The notes under the pieces: model-generated
What the model saw: only the letters and a program-made list of their open reading frames with translations
Databases searched by the model: none
What the model was told of the DNA's origin: nothing
Program-made: the position numbers and the translations under genes
IMG/VR virus record: IMGVR_UViG_3300029821_000146
Span: 1-27,434 of that record
Source: a virus
Lineage: Duplodnaviria; Caudoviricetes
Length of the DNA stretch: 27,434 nucleotides
Direction: 5' to 3' (one strand)
Part shown: positions 17,430-25,595 of the stretch, in pieces
Layout: each line of letters opens with the position of its first letter
How positions within the stretch are numbered: position 1 is the first letter of the stretch

Positions 17430-17774
17430 CTAGTCCGCTGCGGCGTTGAGGCGCGGCTGGTTGGGCCAGGCGTCCGGCTGTACCAGGTAGGTCATCTGGC
17501 GGGCGCGGTGGGCGGTGCCGATGCGTTCGATGGCGCCGGCGGCGATCAGCTCGGCGATCGCGCGCTTGACGCGTTGCCGGGCGGCGTCGGTTTCTTCGCC
17601 GGCGAGGACGACGGCTAGGTAGTCGTGGCCGGCCCAGTATGTGCGGGCGGGGATGCCTTCGGCGTCTTTGTCGCGGGCGGTGTGGCACATGGTGATGAAG
17701 GCGAGTCGGGCGGGTGGGGTGAGGTTTGACCAGGCGGGGTTGAGTGCGAGTGATACGAGGCGGGCGCCCATCAT
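17430..17774 (-). CDS. Winged-helix replication initiator-like protein (short)
   Basis: 'LTPPARLAFITMC...YWAGHDYLA...RQRVKRAIAELIAAGAIER...TYLV' resembles the N-terminal wHTH of phage initiators; ATGA overlap with upstream gene. Confidence 0.65.
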   Translation of the reverse strand: MMGARLVSLALNPAWSNLTPPARLAFITMCHTARDKDAEGIPARTYWAGHDYLAVVLAGEETDAARQRVKRAIAELIAAGAIERIGTAHRARQMTYLVQPDAWPNQPRLNAAAD

Positions 17775-18175
17775 GCACCTGCCTTGGTGTAGAGCTCCCA
17801 GGCGCGGCCGACGCCGCCGGATCCGGGGAAGACGTCGACCAGCTCGTCGCCGGGGAGCGCGCCGAGGAGGTCGAACACCCATCGGATGAAGACGGCCGGC
17901 TTGGCGCCGATGACTCGGTTCGGGTCGGTGGTTCGGACGCCGGGCCTGTAGACCAGTGAGTCGATCCGTCGTGATGATCCACGCGACGCGTCGTGTCCGG
18001 ATCCGCTACGTGAGGCGAGCCGTAGCGGGCGGCCACCTGCGACGGGTGGCGGGCTGCCGACGCCCTGGGCGAACCGGTTACGGGCCTGCCGGCAGCTGGT
18101 GGAGCAAGTGATGGCGTCGCGTCTCGCCGCGGCGCGGATCGGCCCGTTGCACCAGGCGCACAGTCGCTCGGTCAC
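17771..18175 (-). pseudogene. Zn-finger + DNA methyltransferase remnant lacking the catalytic core (frame intact)
   Basis: N-term CAWC...CSTSCRQ; C-term GAKP...DELVDVFPGSGGVG (SAM-binding motif I); no DPPY/NPPY; only ~134 aa. Confidence 0.65.
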
Positions 18176-18744
18176 TGGAGCACCTGCGCCCACTCGATCA
18201 AATCCGCCGGCTCACCCGCGAAATCGCCCACGATCCGCCACGCAGCGAGCCAGGCGTTCAACTTGTCCGCGTAGCCGTTGGGCTTGGTCGGCCAGTAGTT
18301 CGAGGTGTCGTAATAGTCGTCTTCGCGCTCTGACTCGTAGTAGCTGGGGTGCATCCCGGGCCGCATGATCGCCGGCATCATGAACCACCGCCACCCGAGG
18401 CTGTACGGCGTCCCTCGCCCCTCGGCCAGCTCCCGAATCCGCGCCATTTCCGCGGGGTGAGAGTCGATCAGTGCGCGCAGATCGGCCCACGGGATGCAAT
18501 GGATGGGGCGATGGTTCCAGCCGCCGGCGCGACACCAGGAGTCCCCCCGCTCGAAGCGTAGGCCGTCCTTCCAGATCGCCCAGGCCCAGCCCTCGTCATC
18601 CTCTGGGCCCCCGCTGTAACTGGCCTTGATCTGGCCATAGTCGATGCGTCGTTCAGTTCCGTCCGGGTCGACCAGGTAGTCGAGGAGGTCGGGCCAGGGG
18701 GATTGGAGGAACTCGCGGGCTTCGGCTGCCACGGTGGTGTTCAC
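18172..18744 (-). CDS. Hypothetical protein (Trp/Tyr/Asp-rich)
   Basis: Protein-like composition, GC3 bias, GTGA overlap with downstream gene. Confidence 0.75.
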   Translation of the reverse strand: MNTTVAAEAREFLQSPWPDLLDYLVDPDGTERRIDYGQIKASYSGGPEDDEGWAWAIWKDGLRFERGDSWCRAGGWNHRPIHCIPWADLRALIDSHPAEMARIRELAEGRGTPYSLGWRWFMMPAIMRPGMHPSYYESEREDDYYDTSNYWPTKPNGYADKLNAWLAAWRIVGDFAGEPADLIEWAQVLQ

Positions 18745-18747
18745 GGG

Positions 18748-18885
18748 TCAGGCTTTCTTCTTGCACGGACAGGGGACGAAACGACCAAACGGCCCACGGA
18801 TCTCCGAGGTACAGCCCGCCCCGTGAGGGTCGTGGCCACACCAGCTGCAGCACGGGCGCGGGATGGGCCGCGGAGGGTCAGACAT
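18748..18885 (-). CDS. Small Cys/His-rich protein (45 aa)
   Basis: Manual translation MSDPPRPIPRPCCSWCGHDPHGAGCTSEIRGPFGRFVPCPCKKKA*; fills the gap between neighbours; below ORF-track cutoff. Confidence 0.6.
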   Translation of the reverse strand: MSDPPRPIPRPCCSWCGHDPHGAGCTSEIRGPFGRFVPCPCKKKA

Positions 18886-19198
18886 AGAACACGCGCACGG
18901 GATCTCGCTTCACCGCGGTGACTCCGAGGTCTGCGAGCGCGGCGTGATGGCTGGCGTACGCCTCCCACCAGGCTCTTGCGTCAGCGTGAGGAGCCTTACT
19001 GGCGCGGCGTGTGGCGTCCTCGGCGAGACCGCGGTGCCAGTGCGCGGCAACGACGGCCGACACCATGCCAGCGTTCGCGATCGTGACGTTCGCGGCCTCA
19101 GCGACGCAGCGCCGGTACCGGCGCTGATTGGCCAGATACCCAGCCCTAACCACGGGATCGCCCAGCTTCTCGCGGAGGAGTCGGTCAAAGCCGCTCAT
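18878..19198 (-). CDS. Hypothetical protein
   Basis: ATGA overlap with upstream gene; co-oriented in operon. Confidence 0.65.
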   Translation of the reverse strand: MSGFDRLLREKLGDPVVRAGYLANQRRYRRCVAEAANVTIANAGMVSAVVAAHWHRGLAEDATRRASKAPHADARAWWEAYASHHAALADLGVTAVKRDPVRVFYV

Positions 19199-19653
19199 CG
19201 CTGGCCACCCGTCAGCTCGCGCAACCCCTCAGACCGATACGCCTCATACAACGACCGCTGACCATCCACCACCAGATACGGCAACATCACCTGATCCAGA
19301 GTCGCCATGCGCGCCGCGATCAACGTCATCTGAGCACGCACCCACTCAGCTACCACACGCCACGCCACCCGCTCAGCCTGAGCACGATCCCGAGCCAGCG
19401 GCGCCGAGATCCCCGGCAGCCGGCCGGCGCGCTTCTCCGCGACCAGGAGCTGGTGCATCGCGTCGACGTCAATGGGGAGGACGAACGATCGAGGACCGAA
19501 CTCGGTTTGAGCCTCGAACACGACCCCGGACGGCCGGCTGTCGCGGTACTCGATCATGACCTTGCTGGCACCGGATTCCGCCAATCGTCGCTGGATCTCG
19601 GCGGCGGTCTTGGTGGCGGAGATCGAGGTGGTGTAGTTCTCAACGATGGCCAT
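19195..19653 (-). CDS. Conserved phage hypothetical protein
   Basis: 'NYTT...KTAAEIQ...GA...F.LP...QAERVAWR...WV.AQ...LPY' pattern recalled from many phages. Confidence 0.8.
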   Translation of the reverse strand: MAIVENYTTSISATKTAAEIQRRLAESGASKVMIEYRDSRPSGVVFEAQTEFGPRSFVLPIDVDAMHQLLVAEKRAGRLPGISAPLARDRAQAERVAWRVVAEWVRAQMTLIAARMATLDQVMLPYLVVDGQRSLYEAYRSEGLRELTGGQR

Positions 19654-20090
19654 CACTTGCCGCCCTTCTCAGGATCAACCACGGGTCCACGGTTGAGGCC
19701 CGACGTGTCCACCTTCGGGAGCGTGATCCCACCAGACCGAACAAGCCGCTCGACCAAAGTTCGCCACCGCCGCCGATCCTCGTCCTGAAGATCAGCCCAC
19801 GGCTTCGTGCTGCCGTCAGCCTTGGCCATCTGCTCAGCCGCGACCTCGACTTGGTAGGCGGACGCGTCAAACTCGAACACGTCCACCAGCGCGCTGGGTG
19901 TCGCAAAGAGGATGAATTCGACGTGTGCCTCACCGCTGATTCGGCGCTTGTCGGGCTTCCCGCTCCCGGTCATCGTTACCGGGGCCAGGTGCCCGCCGAT
20001 CTCGATCAAGTGCGGCTTCTCGTAGGGCCGCTGGTTCACCTCGGATACCGGGATGGTGCGAGGGCGCAGGAACGCTCGCTTGTCGATCAT
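19653..20090 (-). CDS. Hypothetical protein
   Basis: Overlapping start/stop with both neighbours. Confidence 0.7.
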   Translation of the reverse strand: MIDKRAFLRPRTIPVSEVNQRPYEKPHLIEIGGHLAPVTMTGSGKPDKRRISGEAHVEFILFATPSALVDVFEFDASAYQVEVAAEQMAKADGSTKPWADLQDEDRRRWRTLVERLVRSGGITLPKVDTSGLNRGPVVDPEKGGK

Positions 20091-20275
20091 CGTTCCATCG
20101 CCTCCCGGACGTCCTTCGCCGACAACCCAGCCCCCAACGCCCGCTGCGCGTGATCAGCAAGCGTCGCGGCGTCCCGGACCAGCTGGCGCCGTTGTTCCTC
20201 GGTCAGCTCGGCGCGGGGATGGATCAGGGCTTGGAGCACGGTGTTGGTGGCTTGCGCCTCAGTGATCGTCATCAT
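20087..20275 (-). CDS. Small hypothetical protein
   Basis: AGGAAA RBS; ATGA overlap with downstream gene. Confidence 0.65.
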   Translation of the reverse strand: MMTITEAQATNTVLQALIHPRAELTEEQRRQLVRDAATLADHAQRALGAGLSAKDVREAMER

Positions 20276-20282
20276 GGCTTTC

Positions 20283-20648
20283 CTACTTCCTGAAGTGGTG
20301 TTCGTACTTGGGCAGGGATGGGGGAACGCGGCCAGGCGGCGGCCAGCTCTCGCGATGCATCACCGTCTCCAGATGCACCGGTGGTAGCGGGATCGCTGGC
20401 TCGCGGCGCAGCTCGGGTTCACGCATCGGGGACGGCCGCGAAGGCAGCGCCGGCAGCACCTCGGAGAACGTGGGCTGCTCCCACACCCCAGGGGACGGAT
20501 CCACCGCGGGCACGTCCGGCTCAACCTCAGGAACCGGCGCCTCAACCTCGAAGCCGGCGAACGCCCTGCCGAGCACCAACGCCAACCCCACCGCAGCCCC
20601 CGCGGCGATCAGCAGCCCGACTAAACCCATGAGGCTCATCGCGTCCAC
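20283..20648 (-). CDS. Membrane-anchored Pro-rich protein
   Basis: N-terminal TM helix, Pro/Glu-rich tail; start may be ATG 20639. Confidence 0.65.
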   Translation of the reverse strand: MDAMSLMGLVGLLIAAGAAVGLALVLGRAFAGFEVEAPVPEVEPDVPAVDPSPGVWEQPTFSEVLPALPSRPSPMREPELRREPAIPLPPVHLETVMHRESWPPPGRVPPSLPKYEHHFRK

Positions 20649-20887
20649 CTCAACTCACACCCACACAGATGAGTCCCGGCATGACCGTCCAACAACACAC
20701 ACCGATGGGAGTGATTCGAGGACCGGCAGCGACCATGAAGCCGAGTCACATGCTCAACCAGCTCCCGCTCACCGTGGAACTGTGCGCCACACTCGCACCG
20801 CCACCGGCGAGGCCGGGGGAGTCGCGACGTCGCCACCAGAATGACCGCGATCGCGACGGCCGCCAGGAGGAACCAGAGCCACGTCAT
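20636..20887 (-). CDS. Membrane-anchored Zn-finger protein
   Basis: N-terminal TM, then CECG...H...H (C2H2-like) and further C/H residues. Confidence 0.65.
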   Translation of the reverse strand: MTWLWFLLAAVAIAVILVATSRLPRPRRWRCECGAQFHGERELVEHVTRLHGRCRSSNHSHRCVLLDGHAGTHLCGCELRWTR

Positions 20888-21345
20888 GACCGGCCCTCCA
20901 GCTCCGCGTCGAGGTCGAACGCGTCCAGCTCAGCTCTCGCGATCTTGAGGTCGTGGTGGCCGCGCGCAGCGCCGATGATCTGGAGCACGGTGATGCCGAC
21001 TAGTACCCATCCGCCGACGGCCTGGCCCTCGGCGAGATTCCATAGCGCCAACGTCGCCGTGATCACGGACCAGAAGATCCCCGAGGCCCTGGTGCCTCGC
21101 GCGGTTTCGACGTTGAGCTGGAGGGTTGCGAACCTCAGGCCCACCGTGCAGCCGTGCCGCGCTCCCGGATCGCGAGGACCCTCCTCGGCCACCGGATACA
21201 GGGGCACGATCTCCTCGGCCAGCTCCAGCGCCGTGAGGGTGAACCCACCGCCATAGACCGGGTGAGGCATGGTGGTGCGCGCCTTCAACACGCGCTCGAT
21301 CCGTTCGGCGATCTGCTCGGCGGTCGGAGGGGTTTGGGTGGTCAT
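20884..21345 (-). CDS. Membrane protein (2 TM)
   Basis: Start ATG 21345 (ATGA overlap); two hydrophobic segments in the C-terminal half. Confidence 0.65.
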   Translation of the reverse strand: MTTQTPPTAEQIAERIERVLKARTTMPHPVYGGGFTLTALELAEEIVPLYPVAEEGPRDPGARHGCTVGLRFATLQLNVETARGTRASGIFWSVITATLALWNLAEGQAVGGWVLVGITVLQIIGAARGHHDLKIARAELDAFDLDAELEGRS

Positions 21346-21461
21346 TCGGGGAGGTCCTTCCGGGTCATGTGGTGATGGACGTCGGCGGCCAGGCCCCGGC
21401 CGATCAGGGCCAGGAACACCAGCGCCGGCAACAGCGGGATCGGGTTCAACCACTCAGGCAT
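21342..21461 (-). CDS. Small membrane peptide (39 aa)
   Basis: GAGGT RBS; MPEWLNPIPLLPALVFLALIGRGLAADVHHHMTRKDLPE; stop overlaps next start. Confidence 0.55.
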   Translation of the reverse strand: MPEWLNPIPLLPALVFLALIGRGLAADVHHHMTRKDLPE

Positions 21462-21565
21462 CGCAACCTCACTTCTGATCGAAAAACGGGAACTACTCGG
21501 GAGAGGTTCACCCCGGCCCGCCACCGCCCTTCCCCGGCAACTGACGAACCAGAGCCAGCCACCCC

Positions 21566-22096
21566 CTATCCGGGCGCTGGAAGCTGGCCGCGCAACGGGG
21601 AGAGAACGGCCAGCTGGTCCTTCGGGAGATCGATCACGTCGGCACTCCCCACCAGGTGGAGACCGATCTGCATCAGCCACCAGGCGTCGACCTGGTTGTC
21701 GTCGGGTAGATCGATGCCGGCCCGCTTGAACAGGGCCATTCGCATGTCGGCTTTCGTGGCGTTCCCGCGACCGGTCGCGAACTTCTTCAACGTCGACGGC
21801 GACACCTCGACAAACTGCACGCCCCGGGCGTCGAGCAAGATCACCAAGAGCCACCACAGCCCCGCGAGCTGGTGGTGCCCGGGTTGGGCGCCGCGGGAGA
21901 ATCCCGGGGCCTCGATGACCACCAGTGAGCCTGGATGCACCCGGTTCATCACCTCAGCGGCGATCACGTTCAGCCGGCAGATTCGCGTGGTGATCGCCTT
22001 GGTTCCCGGCTTCGTCACGATGGTCTTAGGGGCAAAGCCGCTGACACAGATGCCGGTAGCTGCCAGGGACGGATCCAGCCCAACCACAGACTTCAT
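21566..22096 (-). CDS. ruvC: RuvC-like Holliday junction resolvase
   Basis: VVGLDPSLAATG, VVIEA, PSTLKKFATGRGNATKADM, DDNQVDA motifs. Confidence 0.9.
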   Translation of the reverse strand: MKSVVGLDPSLAATGICVSGFAPKTIVTKPGTKAITTRICRLNVIAAEVMNRVHPGSLVVIEAPGFSRGAQPGHHQLAGLWWLLVILLDARGVQFVEVSPSTLKKFATGRGNATKADMRMALFKRAGIDLPDDNQVDAWWLMQIGLHLVGSADVIDLPKDQLAVLSPLRGQLPAPG

Positions 22097-22422
22097 GACG
22101 CCACCGCCCGACGCTCATCACGCCGACGATTACTCCACGCCTGCCGACACGCCACCGAGCAATGCACCTGCCGATTACTCGCCCGCAGGAACTCCGCACC
22201 ACACCCCCGGCACACCGCGACCACCGACGCCTTCCGCAGCCCACGCAACTTCGCCAACTGATCCGGGCGCAGACCGGCACGGGTGTACTCGGACGTCTTC
22301 TCGCCCAGCGCCCCCTCCAGGCACTCCACCCGGACCGGGCATCGGAAACAGATCGGGCGCTGCTCGGCGTAGGGACGTTCGGTGAACGTTAGATCGCCAG
22401 CGCAGGCCGCGTTCTCGATCAC
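22093..22422 (-). CDS. whiB: WhiB-family regulator with C-terminal Zn finger
   Basis: AAC...ICFRCPVRVECLEGAL (four Cys); C-term CRGC...CSVACR; GTG start overlaps upstream stop. Confidence 0.8.
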   Translation of the reverse strand: MIENAACAGDLTFTERPYAEQRPICFRCPVRVECLEGALGEKTSEYTRAGLRPDQLAKLRGLRKASVVAVCRGCGAEFLRASNRQVHCSVACRQAWSNRRRDERRAVAS

Positions 22423-23246
22423 TTCGACCCCTCCCAGACCGAGATCTGCGCATCGCACAGCGCAGCGAACGCGATCAGACGCGGCGCGTAACGCTCCCGG
22501 GTCTTCTTGTCGCAGCTCGAAGGCCAGTCTTTGGCGGCAGCCAGCTCACGAAGCTCGTCGGTGGTCCCGGACCAGCAACCGATGATGATCTGGTGTCCGC
22601 CGTCTGGCTGGCGGGTGAGGGTGCCGTGGTGGCCTTGGCTGCTCAGCGGGCCAGCGGTGAGCGTGTGGTCTGGTCCGTAGACCTGAGCGTCGCCGGAGAC
22701 CCGAGCGTCGCCGGAGACCCGAGCGTCGCCGGAGACCCGAGCGTCGCCGGAGACCCGAGCGTCGCCGGAGACCCAAGCGGCGCCGTAGACCCGAGCGTCG
22801 CCGGAGACCCAAGCGTCGCCGGAGACCCGAGCGTCGCCGGAGACCCGAGCGGCGCCGGAGACCCGAGCGGCGCCGTAGACCCGAGCGTCGCCGGAGACCC
22901 GAGCGTCGCCGGAGACCCGAGCGTCGCCGGAGACCCAAGCGTCGCCGGAGACCCGAGCGGCGCCGGAGACCCGAGCGTCGCCGGAGACCCAAGCGTCGCC
23001 GGAGACCCGAGCGTCGCCGGAGACCCGAGCGGCGCCGGAGACCCGAGCGGCGCCGTAGACCCGAGCGTCGCCGGAGACCCAAGCGTCGCCGGAGTGCGCC
23101 AAGCACGCCTCCGACTCAACCCACCCACCCAGATCACCCGCACGAACGCCAGCAGCCGGAATGTCGACCAGCGCCCGGATACGGCGCAGCCACGGCGCGG
23201 ACGGGTGAGTCTCCTCGGTCAGCTCGAACTTCTGAACCTCACTCAT
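22419..23246 (-). CDS. Hexapeptide-repeat (left-handed beta-helix-like) phage protein
   Basis: KFELT...LRRIRAL...GDLGGWVE N-domain; 23 x A(R/W)V(S/Y)G(D/A); C-term IGCWSGT motif. Confidence 0.88.
   Translation of the reverse strand: MSEVQKFELTEETHPSAPWLRRIRALVDIPAAGVRAGDLGGWVESEACLAHSGDAWVSGDARVYGAARVSGAARVSGDARVSGDAWVSGDARVSGAARVSGDAWVSGDARVSGDARVSGDARVYGAARVSGAARVSGDARVSGDAWVSGDARVYGAAWVSGDARVSGDARVSGDARVSGDARVSGDAQVYGPDHTLTAGPLSSQGHHGTLTRQPDGGHQIIIGCWSGTTDELRELAAAKDWPSSCDKKTRERYAPRLIAFAALCDAQISVWEGSK
22671..23084 (-). repeat. Tandem array of 23 x 18-bp coding repeats
   Basis: Consensus GCT CGG GTC TCC GGC GAC; 414 bp = 23 x 18. Confidence 0.97.
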
Positions 23247-23559
23247 CGAGGCCACCACCCTCGACCTGCCCGAACGGCAACGGCGCCCGATTCAACCGCT
23301 CCTCACCCCGAGCCACCATCGCGTCCCGCACCGCCTGAGGCGTCTTCTCCGTCAACCACGCCTCAGCCCGACGCACCTGCACAGTCGGCACCTCAGTGCC
23401 CTTCGCCACCGAGTACCGCACCTCCCGCACATCGAAGGTGACGATCGCGGTGATCGTCGTCCCGTCCGGGTTCTTCGCCAACTCCGCGGCGAACACATCG
23501 AGACCATTCACGGTGTCATCGCCCGGGAGAGCGGAGGCCAACTTCAACGATTCGGACAT
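23239..23559 (-). CDS. Conserved actinophage hypothetical protein
   Basis: ATG 23559 with GAAAGGA RBS; 'KLASALP...NGL...PTVQVRRAE'. Confidence 0.75.
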   Translation of the reverse strand: MSESLKLASALPGDDTVNGLDVFAAELAKNPDGTTITAIVTFDVREVRYSVAKGTEVPTVQVRRAEAWLTEKTPQAVRDAMVARGEERLNRAPLPFGQVEGGGLDE

Positions 23560-23598
23560 AGGAGTCCGTCCTTTCACTAGTGGGAGTACTTGCGTTGT

Positions 23599-23889
23599 TC
23601 AGAACAGAGCGGCCGCGGCCGACTCCGAACGGGTCTTCTTGGGGGCCTCCGGCTTGCAGTCGGCGGCGTGGGGCCGGAACACCTTGAACCCCGGCTTGGG
23701 CAGTTCGCCGCGCCGCAGCACGTAGCCGGCGGCCCAGCGTTCGCCGGTCCATCGGGCCGCGACGTTGCCGTGCTCGGGGTCGGGGATCGGGTTGACCGGG
23801 AGCGACTTCCCGCTCTCGACCATGCGGACCCATTTGAGGGTGGCGCCGCAGGTGCGGCAGCTGCCGGGGGCGGGCTGGTGGTTAGCCAT
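23599..23889 (-). CDS. Zn-ribbon protein
   Basis: GGAGG RBS; CRTCGA.L.W...GKSLPVNP...GNV...PHAADC. Confidence 0.75.
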   Translation of the reverse strand: MANHQPAPGSCRTCGATLKWVRMVESGKSLPVNPIPDPEHGNVAARWTGERWAAGYVLRRGELPKPGFKVFRPHAADCKPEAPKKTRSESAAAALF

Positions 23890-24181
23890 GTCCGCCTCCG
23901 AGCACCTCCAGCACATCGCCGAGCGAAGTCACACAGCAGCCGCTCCGGCCAGCAATGGCCCAGTGCAAGGCGGTGTGGCACGCCTCGGCGTAGTCAGCTA
24001 CCGGGCAACCCTCGGTGCTGATCGCGGCGATCGCCTGAACGTAGTGCTCACGCGCACACACCAACGCCTCATGCATCGGCCCCTCCGGCAGCTGCTCAAC
24101 CGCACCAGCAACCACCACCAACCGATCCCGCAACACCCGCACAGCAACATCCGACGACGGACGCGTAACAACCTCAGCCAC
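23882..24181 (-). CDS. Hypothetical protein
   Basis: Fills operon gap; start uncertain (GTG 24181 or 24190). Confidence 0.55.
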   Translation of the reverse strand: MAEVVTRPSSDVAVRVLRDRLVVVAGAVEQLPEGPMHEALVCAREHYVQAIAAISTEGCPVADYAEACHTALHWAIAGRSGCCVTSLGDVLEVLGGGHG

Positions 24182-24413
24182 GAGACTCACCACCCGCCGG
24201 AACCGAAGCCATCTGAGCCGCCTCCAACGCGATCCAGCAGCACTCCGTGCACCGCTCAACCGCCGGATCCGGAGACTGCGACGCATTCGCCACCGAGTAC
24301 TCCAACGACATCACCCCGCACAGGGCGAGGAGATCGCCACCGACGACCAGGTGCTGAACCACCGCACCACCCCGGCTCACCTTGGCCTTCTGCCACGCCA
24401 CCGAGTTAGGCAT
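24174..24413 (-). CDS. Small Zn-finger-like protein
   Basis: H...ALCG...RCTEC motif; overlaps the stop of the RecT-like gene. Confidence 0.65.
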   Translation of the reverse strand: MPNSVAWQKAKVSRGGAVVQHLVVGGDLLALCGVMSLEYSVANASQSPDPAVERCTECCWIALEAAQMASVPAGGESRG

Positions 24414-25566
24414 CCTGATCGGCCCCCTTGTTGAGCGCCTCCAGCGCGGCGAGGTTCCGCAGCGCGCCGAGCCGGTTCAGCAGGTTCGCCAGCTCCTCGT
24501 CGGTCAGCTCGTTGGTCGACTCGACCGGACGGCCAACCAGCACCCCGGTCCAGAACAGGCGTTCGTCACGCTGTACCGGCTTGCCCAGCAGGCGTTCCCA
24601 CTGCATCTGCACCTGGGTCGTGGTGCGCCGGCGCCAGTCGTCAGCGGGCAGGGTCGGTTCGGTGGTCTCGGTGGCCAGCTCGGCGCCGACCGCTTCCACG
24701 ACCTCGGCGACGACAACCTCAGCTGCGACGGTCTCGGGCTCCTCCTCGGCCGCGGCCGGGGGAGCAGCCTTCGCGCCACGCGGAGTCAACCCAGCCCGCC
24801 GCCGTCCCCTCGCAGGGGCGGGCACGACCGGCTGTTGCTCCGACGTTGCCGCGCCCACCCCCTCCGAGGCAGCCGCGCCCCCCTGTTGCGGGGCCTCGGC
24901 CTCGACCGCCGGCGAGCTACCCAAACTCGACTGGCGGGAGACTGTGGTGGTGTTCGGCTGGTCCGGCACGTAGCCGGCGGCATCGGCGCCGTCCATGTCC
25001 TGGAGCTCCTCGACCGATCGCATGCCGTGGATCACGTCCGCGAAGATCATCCGGGCGAGAATCGTGCTCGCGCGGGCCAGGAGGAGCGCCTGTGGCCATT
25101 TCTTGTACATCGACGGAGTGACTCGACCGTCTTTGGACCGCTTGTCCTCTAGGAGTCCGGCGCGGGCCGCGTCCTGCATCGTGAAGGTGACCGTGGTCCA
25201 GCGGTCCTCGGCCCACCCGGAGCGACGGCCCTTGATCGTGCAGCGCTCAGCGGTGGACACCTCAATATGCAGGTCGTGGCCAGCCTGCAGGATCAGCGCC
25301 CGCATCACCTCGGCAGAGGTACCGGGGCGCCCATTGATGACCTGGGTGTGTGCGAGTGATGTCATGGGCGGTAGACCGAGCTCTCGTCCGTGGAGGATCG
25401 CGGCGACGGTCTTCGGGACGCTGCCACGAAGACCACCGGGGACGAACTCGGTGTTTGCGATGTTCTCCGCCAGCGTCACGACGTCGAGGAGCACAGCTGT
25501 CCAGCTGTCGGTGGTGCGGTCGAGGAGAGCCGGATTTGTCGGCGGGTCGTAAGGCTGCAAAGTCAT
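24406..25566 (-). CDS. RecT/Bet-like single-strand annealing protein
   Basis: TEFVP..LRG, AAILHGRELGLPPM, VINGRP, YKKWPQALLLARA motifs; long low-complexity C-terminal linker; paired with the exonuclease. Confidence 0.8.
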   Translation of the reverse strand: MTLQPYDPPTNPALLDRTTDSWTAVLLDVVTLAENIANTEFVPGGLRGSVPKTVAAILHGRELGLPPMTSLAHTQVINGRPGTSAEVMRALILQAGHDLHIEVSTAERCTIKGRRSGWAEDRWTTVTFTMQDAARAGLLEDKRSKDGRVTPSMYKKWPQALLLARASTILARMIFADVIHGMRSVEELQDMDGADAAGYVPDQPNTTTVSRQSSLGSSPAVEAEAPQQGGAAASEGVGAATSEQQPVVPAPARGRRRAGLTPRGAKAAPPAAAEEEPETVAAEVVVAEVVEAVGAELATETTEPTLPADDWRRRTTTQVQMQWERLLGKPVQRDERLFWTGVLVGRPVESTNELTDEELANLLNRLGALRNLAALEALNKGADQDA

Positions 25567-25595
25567 GGGAGTGCCTCTCGTTCAGGGGTGATAGT

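Noticed and set aside
22671-23084. CRISPR array
   Set aside because: Units are contiguous 18-mers with no unique spacers, in frame within a protein; no cas operon.
22671-23084. Diversity-generating retroelement VR/TR
   Set aside because: No reverse transcriptase in the window, no separate template repeat, and variation is not adenine-specific.
22546-23441. Alternative-frame repeat proteins (LRRRSG, GDPSVA, LGSPAT)
   Set aside because: By-products of a stop-free 18-bp repeat; only the ARVSGD frame has recognisable flanking domains and operon coupling.
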